A stretch of 64,000 bases of DNA, taken from positions 32,333 to 96,332 of the forward strand of contig JANXOP010000049.1 in NCBI GenBank assembly GCA_025357755.1. The letters run 5' to 3'. Below, one piece after another: positions 1 through 9,236 of the stretch (position 1 is the first letter of the stretch; the number at the start of each line of letters is the position of its first letter). A program made the translations under genes and the position numbers. Under the pieces are notes generated by a model. That model had not been told where the DNA came from, ran no database searches, and saw only the letters and a program-made list of their open reading frames with translations. The DNA comes from Kofleriaceae bacterium (lineage in GTDB: Bacteria > Myxococcota_A > Polyangia > Haliangiales > Haliangiaceae).

Positions 1-198
1 GACGTACGTCTTGTCGACCCCGAGCGCATCGCTGTGAAACGTGCGCTCTTCGACGGTGCCCGAGGCCTCGGGCGCGATGCCGGTGTGGCCTTGCGACGGC
101 ACGGTCGGCGCGGGCGCGGGCGCGGGCGGTAGCGCGGGCGCGGGTTCTTTGCCTCCACACGCGAACAAACACAGCAGGCTCAGCGCGACGATCTTCAT
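1..198 (-). CDS. Lipoprotein, N-terminal fragment of a putative esterase-family protein (3' end lies outside the window)
   Basis: ATG at 198 overlaps the sppA stop (ATGA). My translation is MKIVALSLLCLFACGGKEPAPALPPAPAPAPTVPSQGHTGIAPEASGTVEERTFHSDALGVDKTYV. LFAC is a lipobox, and FHSDALGVDKTYV resembles the start of putative-esterase folds. Confidence 0.45.
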   Translation of the reverse strand, partial: MKIVALSLLCLFACGGKEPAPALPPAPAPAPTVPSQGHTGIAPEASGTVEERTFHSDALGVDKTYV

Positions 199-2093
199 GG
201 CAGCTCCGGCAGCAAGACGAGGGTCTGGACGTGAGTCGTTTCGAACGTACGGGCAAGCTCGAGCAAGCGCTGCGCTTGCGCGGCGAGGCGAGGATCGAGG
301 ACCTGGGCGAGCTGCGCGAGCTTCGTCTCCGTCGACAGGCCGAACGGAAGCTGCACGCCGCCGATACCGTGGACGAGGTCGCGCAGCGAAGGCGAGGGCG
401 GATAGATCTCGAGCGCGGTCGTGGCGGGCACCTTCGAGAGCTTCTGGGCTTCGGCGAGGGCGGCATCGAGCCCTCCGATCTCGTCGACGAGCCCGAGCTC
501 TTTCGCCTTGGTCCCGGTCCACACGTGGCCCTGCGCGATCGGCTCGATGGCGTCGAGTGTCCTGTGGCGCCCCGCGGCGACGCGGGCCTTGAACGTGCCG
601 TACACCGCCTTCATCGTGGTCTCGATCACGAGCTTCTCGTCCGCGGTCCAGGGATCGAAGCTCGTCATCATCGTGGCGTGCTTGCCGCGGCCCATCGGGA
701 ACGTGGTGACACCGAGCTTCGCGAGCGCGGGCGCGGGCGCGATCCGCCCACCGATCACACCGATCGATCCGGTCAGCGTGTCGTCGAGGGCGAAGATCTT
801 CGTCGCGCCGCTCGCGATGTAGTAACCGCCGCTCGCGGCGACATCACTCATGGAGACGATCACGGGCTTCTTGCCATGCAGATCCGCGACCGCGGCCCAG
901 ATCAGCTCGCTCGCTTGCGCGCTGCCGCCGCCAGAATCGATCCGCAACACGACCGCCTTGACCGACGGATCGGCTGCCAGCGCGTGGAGGGCCGCGACGA
1001 GCGTACGGGCGGCGATCTGCTGGCGCGCGCCGAGGATGCCATCGCCTTCACCATCGATGATATTGCCGAGCGCGTAGACCACGGCGACGTGATCGCCGCT
1101 CGGGCGATCGGGCGGCATCGCGCCGACGAAGCGCGCGAGCTTCATGTACGCGGCGAGCGTGTCGCGATGCTCGGGCTCCAGCGACAGGTTCGTCCAAGGC
1201 GCCTTGGTCTCGGCGCGCAGCATCTCGAACGATGTGACTTCGTCGACGAGCTTGGCCGCCTGCGCTTGCTGGGCTGGGAACAGGCCGATATCGATCAGCG
1301 CCCTGGCCTCGACCTTGCGCTCGGTGGAGATGATGTCGACCATCGTCGCGTACCGGCGATCGAGGATGTTGCCGAGGACCTCGATCATCTCGGGGCTCGG
1401 GGCATCGCGGGTGAGTGGCTCGGCCGCGCCCTTGTAGGCGCCGACGTGGATGAAGTCGGCTTGGACGCCGAGCTTGTCGAGCAAGCCCTTGAGATGGATC
1501 GGCATCGCCGTCGGGCCCGTGATCGCGATCTCGCCGAGCGGCGCGAGCGCGATCTTGTCGCACGCGGCGAGCGCGAGGTACGTGCCGTTGCTCGCGCTCT
1601 CGGTGTGACACCACAGCTGCTTCTTCCCGGCGCGGAAATCGTGCATCGCGATGCGGAGCTCTACGAGATCTGGAAGGCTCGCCTCGAGCGCGCCGACGCG
1701 CAGGATCAAGCCCTGGAGTTGATCGTCCTTCGCGAGCTCGCGCAGCCGATCGATCACCTGGCGCAGCTCGGTGCCGTGCCCACCCGTAAACGAGAACACT
1801 TCGCGCTCGACGAGCTTGCCGTCGAGCTTCAATACGCCCCAGTGCGGCTTGTCGCTCTGATAGTCCGCGGCTTGCTCGGGCGCCTCGTAGAAGCCGGGCT
1901 TCTCGATCGCGTCCTTGACCTTCGCGAGCATGCCCTGCAGATCGAAGCCGGGCTTGTCGGTGTCGCTGCCGCTACCCTTGGCGAGCGCGGCGCCCCATGG
2001 ATCGGCGGGTCCCGCGGGCGCCGATGCGGTATCGAGCCGCGACGGGTTCGCGCACGCCGCGATCAGAAAACAGAACAGGAGCGAACGAACCAT
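195..2093 (-). CDS. sppA: Signal peptide peptidase SppA, 67K type (two tandem S49 domains)
   Basis: The C-terminal 632 aa of the 795-aa ORF look real. Start MVRSLLFCFLIAAC (lipobox-like signal) at ATG 2093. Second domain has VVLRIDSGGGSAQASE and DVAASGGYYIA (S49 catalytic Ser context). The upstream 163 aa are Arg-rich shadow sequence. Confidence 0.85.
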   Translation of the reverse strand: MVRSLLFCFLIAACANPSRLDTASAPAGPADPWGAALAKGSGSDTDKPGFDLQGMLAKVKDAIEKPGFYEAPEQAADYQSDKPHWGVLKLDGKLVEREVFSFTGGHGTELRQVIDRLRELAKDDQLQGLILRVGALEASLPDLVELRIAMHDFRAGKKQLWCHTESASNGTYLALAACDKIALAPLGEIAITGPTAMPIHLKGLLDKLGVQADFIHVGAYKGAAEPLTRDAPSPEMIEVLGNILDRRYATMVDIISTERKVEARALIDIGLFPAQQAQAAKLVDEVTSFEMLRAETKAPWTNLSLEPEHRDTLAAYMKLARFVGAMPPDRPSGDHVAVVYALGNIIDGEGDGILGARQQIAARTLVAALHALAADPSVKAVVLRIDSGGGSAQASELIWAAVADLHGKKPVIVSMSDVAASGGYYIASGATKIFALDDTLTGSIGVIGGRIAPAPALAKLGVTTFPMGRGKHATMMTSFDPWTADEKLVIETTMKAVYGTFKARVAAGRHRTLDAIEPIAQGHVWTGTKAKELGLVDEIGGLDAALAEAQKLSKVPATTALEIYPPSPSLRDLVHGIGGVQLPFGLSTETKLAQLAQVLDPRLAAQAQRLLELARTFETTHVQTLVLLPELP

Positions 2094-2106
2094 CGCTCCG
2101 GTTCTA

Positions 2107-4551
2107 TCACGAGGCCGAACCGTCGCCGGGTGGCGCCACGACCGGCGTCTCGGTCGGCGACGTCGTCGGCGAGCTCGTCGGCGCCGCACTTCCCTCGGGT
2201 GGTTTCGGAGTCGGCGTCGGTGTCGGCGTGGCGCCCGCTCCGAGGATCTGGAGCTGCTTGGTCGCCTTCGCCGAGCCGGGGTTCGCTTCGAGGTAGTGCT
2301 GCCACGCCTCGATCGCCATCTCCTTGTTGCCCTGTTGCTGATAGGTCTCGGCGATGCCCGCGAGTGCAGGCTCGAACCGAGACGACACCGCGAGTGCCGA
2401 CCGGAACTTCGAGAACGCGCTCGAGAACTGCTTGCTGTCGAGATAGCAGTAGCCCATGCCCGACAACGCCTCGACGCCGGTGGGTTTCTGCTCGAGTGCC
2501 TTGGTGTAGACGTCCATCGCCTGCTTGCACTGCGATTGCTGCGCGTACTTGTCGGCCTTGGTGACGAGCGCGTCGTAGTCACCGCCGGACGCGACCGGCA
2601 CTGGATCGGTGTGCGGCGTCGGGTCGTGCTTCACCGCAGCCGAGCCCTTGCCGCCATCTTCTGGCGGGAGCGGATCGGTCTTGGCCACCGCGGTCTCGAG
2701 CCGCTTCTGCAGCGCGCGCGCGACCTCGTGATCGGGGCTCGCCGCGAGGATCTGATCGACGAACGGCTTGGCATCGGCGGCTTTGCCCTGCGCATACGCG
2801 ACGAGTGCGAGCTCTTGCTGGACCCGTGCATCGCCGTTGCCATCGATCGCCACGAGCTCCCGCTGCGCATCTTCGAGCTTGCCATCGCGGATCAGCGTGA
2901 GTGCATCGGACACCGCGATCGAGCGCGCGAGCTCCTTGTCGGCCGCGCCCTTGGCCTTCGCGGCTTCGAGGTAGCGCTGGACGTCTTTGATCGGCTTGCC
3001 CTGCAAGCGCAGCACGTCGGCCATCGCGATGTTCGCGCTCGGATCATCGGCCGCGACTTTGAGGGCCTTCTGCGCGAGTGGTGCCGCGTCGATCACGAGC
3101 TGCTTGCCATCCTTGCGCAGCTTGTCGGACTCCGCCTTGTCGGTGACCAGGCCCGCGCGCTCGGTCAGGCTCTGGGCGATGCCAGTCGAGAGCCGCGCGC
3201 GCATCGCGAGCGCCGCCGGATCGCCATTGCTCGCGAGCGCATCGAGCACGCCCTTCATCCGCGGCTCGACGCCGGCGAGCAGCTCGGTGCGCGCGCTCTC
3301 GAACGGATCGGTCGGTGCCGTCGGACCTGCATCGATGATCGGCGAGACGATCGCGCCGCCACCATCGATACCGACTGCGGCGATCGCGCCCGCGTCTCTG
3401 ACGGACTCACCACCGGCGCTCTTCTTGAAGACCAGCATGTAGACCGCGCCGGCGCCCGCCGCGATCACGACGAGCGCGAGCAACGCGATCCACGTACCCG
3501 CGCGCGAACCACGCTGCGGCGGCATCACTTCATCATCGTCTTCGACGAGGCGGCTGACCTTGCCGGTCTGAAACGACGATTCGTCGCCGGGCGACATCCG
3601 CACGCGACCCGCGAACGCAGGCTCGTGATCTCCCATCGCGAGCTTGCCGCCGCGCGGACCTTGCGGCATCGACGCCATCGACTCGGTGCCCTTGATGTCG
3701 CTCGAGGCCCACCCTCCTGTCGCACGCACGACCGGGTTCGGGGGCGGCGTCGGGACCCGGGTACCCGAAGGCTTGGGTCCCGACAGCTCGGTCTGTTGCA
3801 GCGCGAGCGGACCGGAGTTGCCCTTCGGCGGCGGAGGGGGAGGCGTGGTCCGGCGCTGGCGGAAGTTGCCGGTCGCGCGACCTGCCTCTGGCTCGTCGTC
3901 GGCCGCGTCGCCGGGCCCGTCGTCGGGCCCATCGGGAATGATCGTGCCACCCGCTGCGGTCGCCTTGTTGCCGACGCCGAGCATCGTCGCGGCGACAGGC
4001 TTGGGCGAGCTCGTCGGCTTGCCGGTGCGCTGGGTGCGCGCTTCATCCGCGATCACGAAGTACTGTGCGAGCTCGGTGATGTCGCCGAGCCGCTTCCAGG
4101 TCTTGCCCGAGCGCGAGATCAGCGACTCGCGCGTGGCGACGCCCGCGACGATCCATTGCTGCAGGGTCGCGAGCTCGCGACAGGTCTTCTGCTCGCCGTT
4201 CTCGAGCCGCACGAGCCACTGGCGTTCCGTCGCTGTCGGTCCGGATCCACCGTCGGTGACAGCACCGGGCAACGCATCCGCCAGAGACTCCGCGCGTTGC
4301 GCCGTCGCAGGTGTCGAGCGCTGCGGTGCGGGCTCGCGCCGCGTGTCATCGCGGCTCGTATCGCGCGCGAGCGCGGCTTGCGACGGCGGCGCGTCTGGCT
4401 GCACCGCAGGCAACCCGACGTTGGTCGGCGTGCGCTTGCGGATCTTGAACATGTGCCCGCAGTTGGTGCACTTGACCGTGACACCACCGGGCTTGAGACG
4501 ACTCTCGTCGAGCTCGTACTCCGTCTGGCACTTCTCGCAGCGGACGTCCAT
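2107..4551 (-). CDS. MJ0042-type zinc-ribbon protein with TM segment, long TPR region and Pro/Thr-rich C-terminal tail
   Basis: Start MDVRCEKCQTEYELDESRLKPGGVTVKCTNCGHMFKIRKR (CxxC...CxxC ribbon) at ATG 4551. Disordered Pro-rich linker, TM WIALLALVVIAAGAGAVYMLVF, then repeated TPR-like helices (AYAQGKAADAKPFVDQILAASPDH, GMGYCYLDSKQFSSAFSKFRSALAV, etc.). Confidence 0.75.
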   Translation of the reverse strand: MDVRCEKCQTEYELDESRLKPGGVTVKCTNCGHMFKIRKRTPTNVGLPAVQPDAPPSQAALARDTSRDDTRREPAPQRSTPATAQRAESLADALPGAVTDGGSGPTATERQWLVRLENGEQKTCRELATLQQWIVAGVATRESLISRSGKTWKRLGDITELAQYFVIADEARTQRTGKPTSSPKPVAATMLGVGNKATAAGGTIIPDGPDDGPGDAADDEPEAGRATGNFRQRRTTPPPPPPKGNSGPLALQQTELSGPKPSGTRVPTPPPNPVVRATGGWASSDIKGTESMASMPQGPRGGKLAMGDHEPAFAGRVRMSPGDESSFQTGKVSRLVEDDDEVMPPQRGSRAGTWIALLALVVIAAGAGAVYMLVFKKSAGGESVRDAGAIAAVGIDGGGAIVSPIIDAGPTAPTDPFESARTELLAGVEPRMKGVLDALASNGDPAALAMRARLSTGIAQSLTERAGLVTDKAESDKLRKDGKQLVIDAAPLAQKALKVAADDPSANIAMADVLRLQGKPIKDVQRYLEAAKAKGAADKELARSIAVSDALTLIRDGKLEDAQRELVAIDGNGDARVQQELALVAYAQGKAADAKPFVDQILAASPDHEVARALQKRLETAVAKTDPLPPEDGGKGSAAVKHDPTPHTDPVPVASGGDYDALVTKADKYAQQSQCKQAMDVYTKALEQKPTGVEALSGMGYCYLDSKQFSSAFSKFRSALAVSSRFEPALAGIAETYQQQGNKEMAIEAWQHYLEANPGSAKATKQLQILGAGATPTPTPTPKPPEGSAAPTSSPTTSPTETPVVAPPGDGSAS

Positions 4552-4637
4552 AGGTTTCCAGGTGTTAGACGCTACGCTACCACGACGATCCGAGGCGTGC
4601 ATGTCGCTGGCCCGGGGGAATTCGCATATCGTCGGGT

Positions 4638-5006
4638 ATGTCCGAAGAGGTCCGGGAGCGCAGTGCCGAGCGCGTCCGCGTCGACGCATTCGTCAAGGTT
4701 CACGGGGCAGATGGCCAGGAGCTGGTGTTTCGCACGCGCGATCTCTCCGAGCACGGCCTGTTCCTCTACACCAAGGTCGCCCGGTCGTATCCGTTCAAGA
4801 TCGGCTCGGCGCTCCAGCTCGAGCTCTACGATTACGACGAAGCTGTCACCTGCAAGGTCGTGGTCGTCCGCATCGTCGAGAGCGGCTCGACCGAAGCGTC
4901 GACCTATCCGACCGGCTTCGGCGTGCGGATCGTCGAGCTCGAGGCCGCGTCGCGCACCCGGCTCGATCACATGATCGGGCGGATCAGGGCCGGCGAGGTT
5001 TACTGA
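4638..5006 (+). CDS. PilZ domain protein (candidate c-di-GMP receptor)
   Basis: 122 aa. RSAER (RxxxR) is followed by DLSEHG (DxSxxG), the two PilZ signature motifs. Divergent from the zinc-ribbon/TPR gene. Confidence 0.7.
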   Translation: MSEEVRERSAERVRVDAFVKVHGADGQELVFRTRDLSEHGLFLYTKVARSYPFKIGSALQLELYDYDEAVTCKVVVVRIVESGSTEASTYPTGFGVRIVELEAASRTRLDHMIGRIRAGEVY

Positions 5007-5619
5007 ACCGCATCGTCCGCGCGCTATCGCTCCACTCGCCGGTGGTGAGCTCGTAGCGATGGTGGTGCTGCCACGCGTCATGCTTCCACGCGTCTTCGAG
5101 CTGCAGGCCGACATAACGAAAGCCGAGGCCTTCGATGATTCGCTTCGACGGCTCGTTCTGGTCCATGTGACCGACCGTGACCTTGTGCAGCCCGAGCGTG
5201 TCGAACGCGAAGCTCGTCGCGGTGAGCGCTGCCTCGGTCATCAGGCCTTGGCCCCAGTATGGCTGCCCGATCCAGTAGCCGAGCTCCGCGCGATCGACGC
5301 GCCAGCCGGTCGAGAAGTGCCACGTGATCCCGGCGAGCGTGACCAGGCCACAGGCCTTGCCGTCCAGCACGATGGCCCAGTTGACGATCGTGCCTCTCGC
5401 GAGACCGTCGACCTGCGACTGCAAGAACGCCGAGGTGACCTCGCGCGACGCGTGCGGCGCCCAGCTCATGTAAACCGAGAGCTCGGGGTTTGAGACGTGC
5501 GGCCACAGATCTTCGGTATCGGCGACCGTGACCGGCCGCAGCGTGAACTTCGAGCAGGCGATCACGAGCGGCAGAGACGCCAGGACCGGAATGTCGGCGC
5601 GCGGGGGAGCAGACTCCAT
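4984..5619 (-). CDS. GNAT family N-acetyltransferase (RimJ/RimL-like)
   Basis: LRPVTVADTEDLWPHVSNPE..., AELGYWIGQPYWGQGLMTEAA..., HKVTVGHMDQNEPSKRIIEGLGFRYVG is the typical RimJ-like GNAT core. ATG at 5619 (MESAPP...) chosen over the Arg-rich upstream extension. Confidence 0.8.
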   Translation of the reverse strand: MESAPPRADIPVLASLPLVIACSKFTLRPVTVADTEDLWPHVSNPELSVYMSWAPHASREVTSAFLQSQVDGLARGTIVNWAIVLDGKACGLVTLAGITWHFSTGWRVDRAELGYWIGQPYWGQGLMTEAALTATSFAFDTLGLHKVTVGHMDQNEPSKRIIEGLGFRYVGLQLEDAWKHDAWQHHHRYELTTGEWSDSARTMRFSKPRRP

Positions 5620-5624
5620 GGCGC

Positions 5625-6002
5625 TCAGTGTGCCTCGTCTGCTTGGACTTCCTCGACGGTCGCGAGCACATCTTTGACGTCGACGAGACGCAAGCGGTCG
5701 TCCCACGGCACGGCGATGCCGGCGTTCTTCTTGAACAGCACGAATGCGCCGTGGGGCACGCCCGAGACGTTCTCGGACGCCTCATCGGTGGTCGGCCGGT
5801 CGCGCGCCACCTCGATCACCTTGCCGTAGTGTGCGTCTTCTTGCGCCTCCTTCGCGCCCTGCGGGAGGTACAGCCCCGCATCGGTGCGCTCGTCATCGCG
5901 GACGAGCTGGACCAGCACGCGCATCCCGAGCGGCAGGATCAGGCGGTGCGGGTTACGAAATGGATCTTGATCAGAGGGCACGAGCGAAGACGACGGCGCC
6001 AC
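5625..6002 (-). CDS. GroES (Cpn10)-like small protein
   Basis: LILPLGMRVLVQLVRDDERTDAGLYLPQGAKE...GKVIEV...GAFVLFKK follows the GroES pattern (PLgdRVLVk..e.e.kT.gGi.lP..ak). GTG start at 6002 overlaps the upstream gene by 32 nt, so the start is uncertain. Confidence 0.55.
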   Translation of the reverse strand: MAPSSSLVPSDQDPFRNPHRLILPLGMRVLVQLVRDDERTDAGLYLPQGAKEAQEDAHYGKVIEVARDRPTTDEASENVSGVPHGAFVLFKKNAGIAVPWDDRLRLVDVKDVLATVEEVQADEAH

Positions 6003-6570
6003 TCTGCTCCAGGCAGCGCAGGCGGGTCAAGCCAGCCGCATGGAACTGCGCGGCAGATTGCTCGATCGCGGGCTTCATGCCGCTGTCGTTGCACGTCGCG
6101 GAGCGCACCTCGACGTGATCTCCGATGACTTGCACGGTCGACCACAGGCGTTGCTTGTCGAGCCGAGCCTTGAGCGCGCGCGCGACATCGTCCGCGTGAA
6201 CGACCGTCCCCGCGGTAGCGGTCGGCTCGGTCGGAACCGGGGTCACGATGTTCGCGACCGGTGGCGGCGGCGCAGGTTGCGCCACCGCGGAGAGCTCCGG
6301 ACCTCCGTCGCGATGCCCGATCGCTGCCGACTTGTTGCGATAGTCCTCGAACGCGCCGATCACGAAGTGGCGCGCGACGAGGATCGCGATCACCGCCGCG
6401 ACGCCGGCCGCGATGTAGATCGGCAGCTTGCTCGTGGTCTCGACCACCGTGCCGCCGACCGGCGAGATCGAATTGCGCGCAAACCGCGGCAACGGCTTGT
6501 GACACTTCGGACACCGTACATACCCCGGAACGACAGCTATCCCGCAAGCGGGACACACCGCACCACTCAT
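5971..6570 (-). CDS. Hypothetical zinc-ribbon / single-TM protein
   Basis: MSGAVCPACGIAVVPGYVRCPKCHKPLP (CxxC-x12-CxxC), TM LPIYIAAGVAAVIAILVARHFVI, Pro-rich linker, about 80-aa C-terminal domain. No family recognised. Confidence 0.55.
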   Translation of the reverse strand: MSGAVCPACGIAVVPGYVRCPKCHKPLPRFARNSISPVGGTVVETTSKLPIYIAAGVAAVIAILVARHFVIGAFEDYRNKSAAIGHRDGGPELSAVAQPAPPPPVANIVTPVPTEPTATAGTVVHADDVARALKARLDKQRLWSTVQVIGDHVEVRSATCNDSGMKPAIEQSAAQFHAAGLTRLRCLEQSGAVVFARAL

Positions 6571-6589
6571 GCAACAGAGGATACCGGAG

Positions 6590-7723
6590 CTAGCGCTGTC
6601 GTCGAGTTTTGCGCAGTCCGACCAGGCCGACGACCAGGGTCAGGGCCAGCGGCCCGAGCGGCGACGACCGGCCGCGCCCCGCGTCACAGCACCCCGATCC
6701 CGAGGACACCGGCTCACAGGTGCCCGGGCCGTTGGCGGTCGGGTAGATCGAGCAGATCGCCGAGATGTCGTCGGCCTCCAGCGTCTCCTTCTTGGATTCG
6801 CCGCAGTCCTGGAACGGGTACATCGTGGCGTCGACGATCTTGGGATCCGAGGTCGCGGAGCACGCCGGGACCGGCGCGCCGTTGCCATCGACCCGGCTCG
6901 GGTCGCCGGTCGCGAGGCAGGTGTGCTCGAGTCCGTGGAGGTGGCCGAGCTCGTGAGTCAGCGTGTTCGCTAGCTCGGCGAGGCAGCCGCTCGTGCCGAG
7001 CGTCGTGCCCGCCACGCCGATCGCGAAGTTGACGCCGTTGATCTCGATATCGGCGTCGACGATCGCACCATCGCGAGCGCCACCATCGTCGACGAACGTC
7101 GCGGTCGTGATGCCGGCCGAAGAATTCGAGTAGCACTTCGCGGCGGCATCGTGCGTCGCGGGACGACACCACGAGGCATCGCGAAACTTGATGACGTTCT
7201 TGTAGTCGGTGCCGTTGACCTCGACCTGGGCTTTCGCGTCGGTCTTGACCTGCAAGAACGAGCAGCTCGCGGTGTCCGAATTCCAGGTCGAGATGCACGC
7301 GTCGATCACCGGGAACTCTTGGTCGCCCGGGATTTCTTTGGTGCCGTCGGAGTCAGGGGTGACGAAGATGCAGCCGGACTCCCAGTACAGCGCGTGCCCG
7401 GCGGTGGTCGGTCCGGTGCGCACGAACGACGATGGCTGGAACCGGACCTTCACGTCGTCGACGACGGCGTGTGCGAGGCCTGCGAGATCGGTGTCGGTGT
7501 GGGCCGCGAGGTCGACCCTCATGCCGAGCGCGAGCAGCGGCACGTCGTCGTAGACGTACTGCCCGAGGCCGTCGGCGGAGCCGCCGATCTGCGAAACGAC
7601 GACCATGCTGCCGTCGGGTTGTTCGATCGTCGAGTCGGTGACGATCTGTTCGCCGCCGCTCGTCCAGTGACTGTGAACCTCGACGACGGTGCCACTGATC
7701 GTCATCCCACTGGTCACTGGCAT
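6590..7723 (-). CDS. Matrixin-like zinc metalloprotease with MYXO-CTERM sorting tail (no N-terminal signal peptide detectable)
   Basis: [11 protein letters not shown] (HExxHxxGxxH). C-terminus [36 protein letters not shown] has the Cys motif + hydrophobic helix + Arg cluster. ORF is bounded by an in-frame stop 15 nt upstream of ATG 7723. Confidence 0.75.
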   Translation of the reverse strand: MPVTSGMTISGTVVEVHSHWTSGGEQIVTDSTIEQPDGSMVVVSQIGGSADGLGQYVYDDVPLLALGMRVDLAAHTDTDLAGLAHAVVDDVKVRFQPSSFVRTGPTTAGHALYWESGCIFVTPDSDGTKEIPGDQEFPVIDACISTWNSDTASCSFLQVKTDAKAQVEVNGTDYKNVIKFRDASWCRPATHDAAAKCYSNSSAGITTATFVDDGGARDGAIVDADIEINGVNFAIGVAGTTLGTSGCLAELANTLTHELGHLHGLEHTCLATGDPSRVDGNGAPVPACSATSDPKIVDATMYPFQDCGESKKETLEADDISAICSIYPTANGPGTCEPVSSGSGCCDAGRGRSSPLGPLALTLVVGLVGLRKTRRQR

Positions 7724-7763
7724 CGCTACCGGAGGATATCACGGCATGTTACAAGGTCGCACC

Positions 7764-9233
7764 ATGGCGCAAGAGGCTCCGCCAATCCGGGAGAACGTGC
7801 GTGTGCGAATTGCACCATCTCCGACGGGAGATCCGCACGTCGGCACCGCTTACATCGGACTGTTCAACTACGCGTTCGCCAAGCACGCCGGAGGTAAATT
7901 CATCCTCCGCATCGAGGACACCGACCAGTCCCGCGCGCGCGGTGATTCCGAACAGATGATCTACGACGCCCTCCACTGGGTCGGCCTCACCTGGGACGAA
8001 GGCCCCGATGTCGGTGGGCCGTATGCCCCGTACCGCCAGAGCGAGCGCGCCGCGATCTACAAACAGCACGCCGATCAGCTCGTGGCGAGTGGCCGCGCCT
8101 ACCGCTGCTTCTGCACCGAGGATCGCCTCGCGAAGCTCCGCGTCCAGCAAGAGGCCGAGAAGAAGACGAACAAGGGCTACGACCGGCATTGCCGCGGCAT
8201 CGCCGCGGACGAGAGCGCCACGCGCGCGGCGACGGAGTCGTTCGTCGTTCGCCTCGCCGTCCCGCTCGAGGGCACGATCACGTGGAAGGACGAGTTTCGA
8301 CAGGACGAGCAGCAGCGCGATGTTCACGACATCGACGATCAGGTCCTGCTCAAGAGCGATGGCCTGCCGACGTATCACCTCGCGAACGTCGTCGACGATC
8401 ACCTGATGGAGATCACGCACGTGATCCGCGCCGAGGAGTGGATGTCGTCCACGCCCAAGCACGTGCTGCTCTATCAAGCATTCGGCTGGACCCCACCGAA
8501 GTTCCACCACATGCCGCTCTTGCGCAACGCGGACAAATCGAAGATCTCGAAGCGCAAGAACCCGGTCTCGATCAACTACTACCGGGACTCGGGCTTCCTC
8601 GCCCATGCGCTGCTGAACTTCCTCGGCACGATGGGCTGGTCGTTCGGCGGTGACCGCGAGTTCTTCACGCTGCAGGAGATGATCGACGTGTTCTCGTGGG
8701 ACCGGATCGCGCTCGGTGGGCCAGTGTTCGATCTCGCCAAGCTCACGTACTTCAACGAGCACTACCTGCATCAGCTCACCGACGAGCAGCTCGCGGATGC
8801 GTTGATCGAATGGCGGATGTCGAAGCGCTTCCTGCTCCAGCTGATGCCGCTCGTCCGCAAGCGGATCAAGCGGCTCGACGAGGTCATCCCCGTCGCGGAG
8901 TTCTTCTTCTCGGGCGATCTCGATCTCACGCCGATCGCGGCAGAGTTCAAGATCGAGGGCGTCGCGAACCCCGATCTCAAGAAGGCGCTGCTCGCGTTCG
9001 TCGAAGCGTTCGAAGCGCGCGAGGGCTGGAGCAAGGAGATGCTCGAGGAGGTCGGCGCGAAGTGGCTCGAGGCGCACAACTGGACGCTCAAGCAGGGCTA
9101 CCCGTTGCTGCGCTTCTCGGTCACGGGCAAGAAGGCCTCGCCGCCGCTGTTCGAGACGATGGTCGTGCTCGGCAAAGAGATCACGCGGCGCAGGCTGCGC
9201 CGCGCGGCCGACTGGATCGGCGCGCGCAAGTGA
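7764..9233 (+). CDS. gltX: Glutamate--tRNA ligase
   Basis: [36 protein letters not shown] (HIGH-type motif) and KISKRKNP (KMSKS-type motif). Class I GluRS layout throughout. ATG 7764 chosen. Confidence 0.95.
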   Translation: MAQEAPPIRENVRVRIAPSPTGDPHVGTAYIGLFNYAFAKHAGGKFILRIEDTDQSRARGDSEQMIYDALHWVGLTWDEGPDVGGPYAPYRQSERAAIYKQHADQLVASGRAYRCFCTEDRLAKLRVQQEAEKKTNKGYDRHCRGIAADESATRAATESFVVRLAVPLEGTITWKDEFRQDEQQRDVHDIDDQVLLKSDGLPTYHLANVVDDHLMEITHVIRAEEWMSSTPKHVLLYQAFGWTPPKFHHMPLLRNADKSKISKRKNPVSINYYRDSGFLAHALLNFLGTMGWSFGGDREFFTLQEMIDVFSWDRIALGGPVFDLAKLTYFNEHYLHQLTDEQLADALIEWRMSKRFLLQLMPLVRKRIKRLDEVIPVAEFFFSGDLDLTPIAAEFKIEGVANPDLKKALLAFVEAFEAREGWSKEMLEEVGAKWLEAHNWTLKQGYPLLRFSVTGKKASPPLFETMVVLGKEITRRRLRRAADWIGARK

Positions 9234-9236
9234 CCC

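Noticed and set aside
2094-2582. 163-codon N-terminal extension of the SppA ORF
   Set aside because: The extension is an Arg/Ser/Pro string overlapping the upstream TPR gene's 3' end. A proper signal peptide starts at ATG 2093.
231-4974. Very long plus-strand ORFs (231-2564, 777 aa; 1915-4974, 1019 aa) opposite sppA and the TPR gene
   Set aside because: Their translations are Arg/Ala/Gly-rich low-complexity strings with no motifs. They are typical antisense shadow ORFs of a high-GC genome. The opposite strand encodes clearly recognisable proteins.
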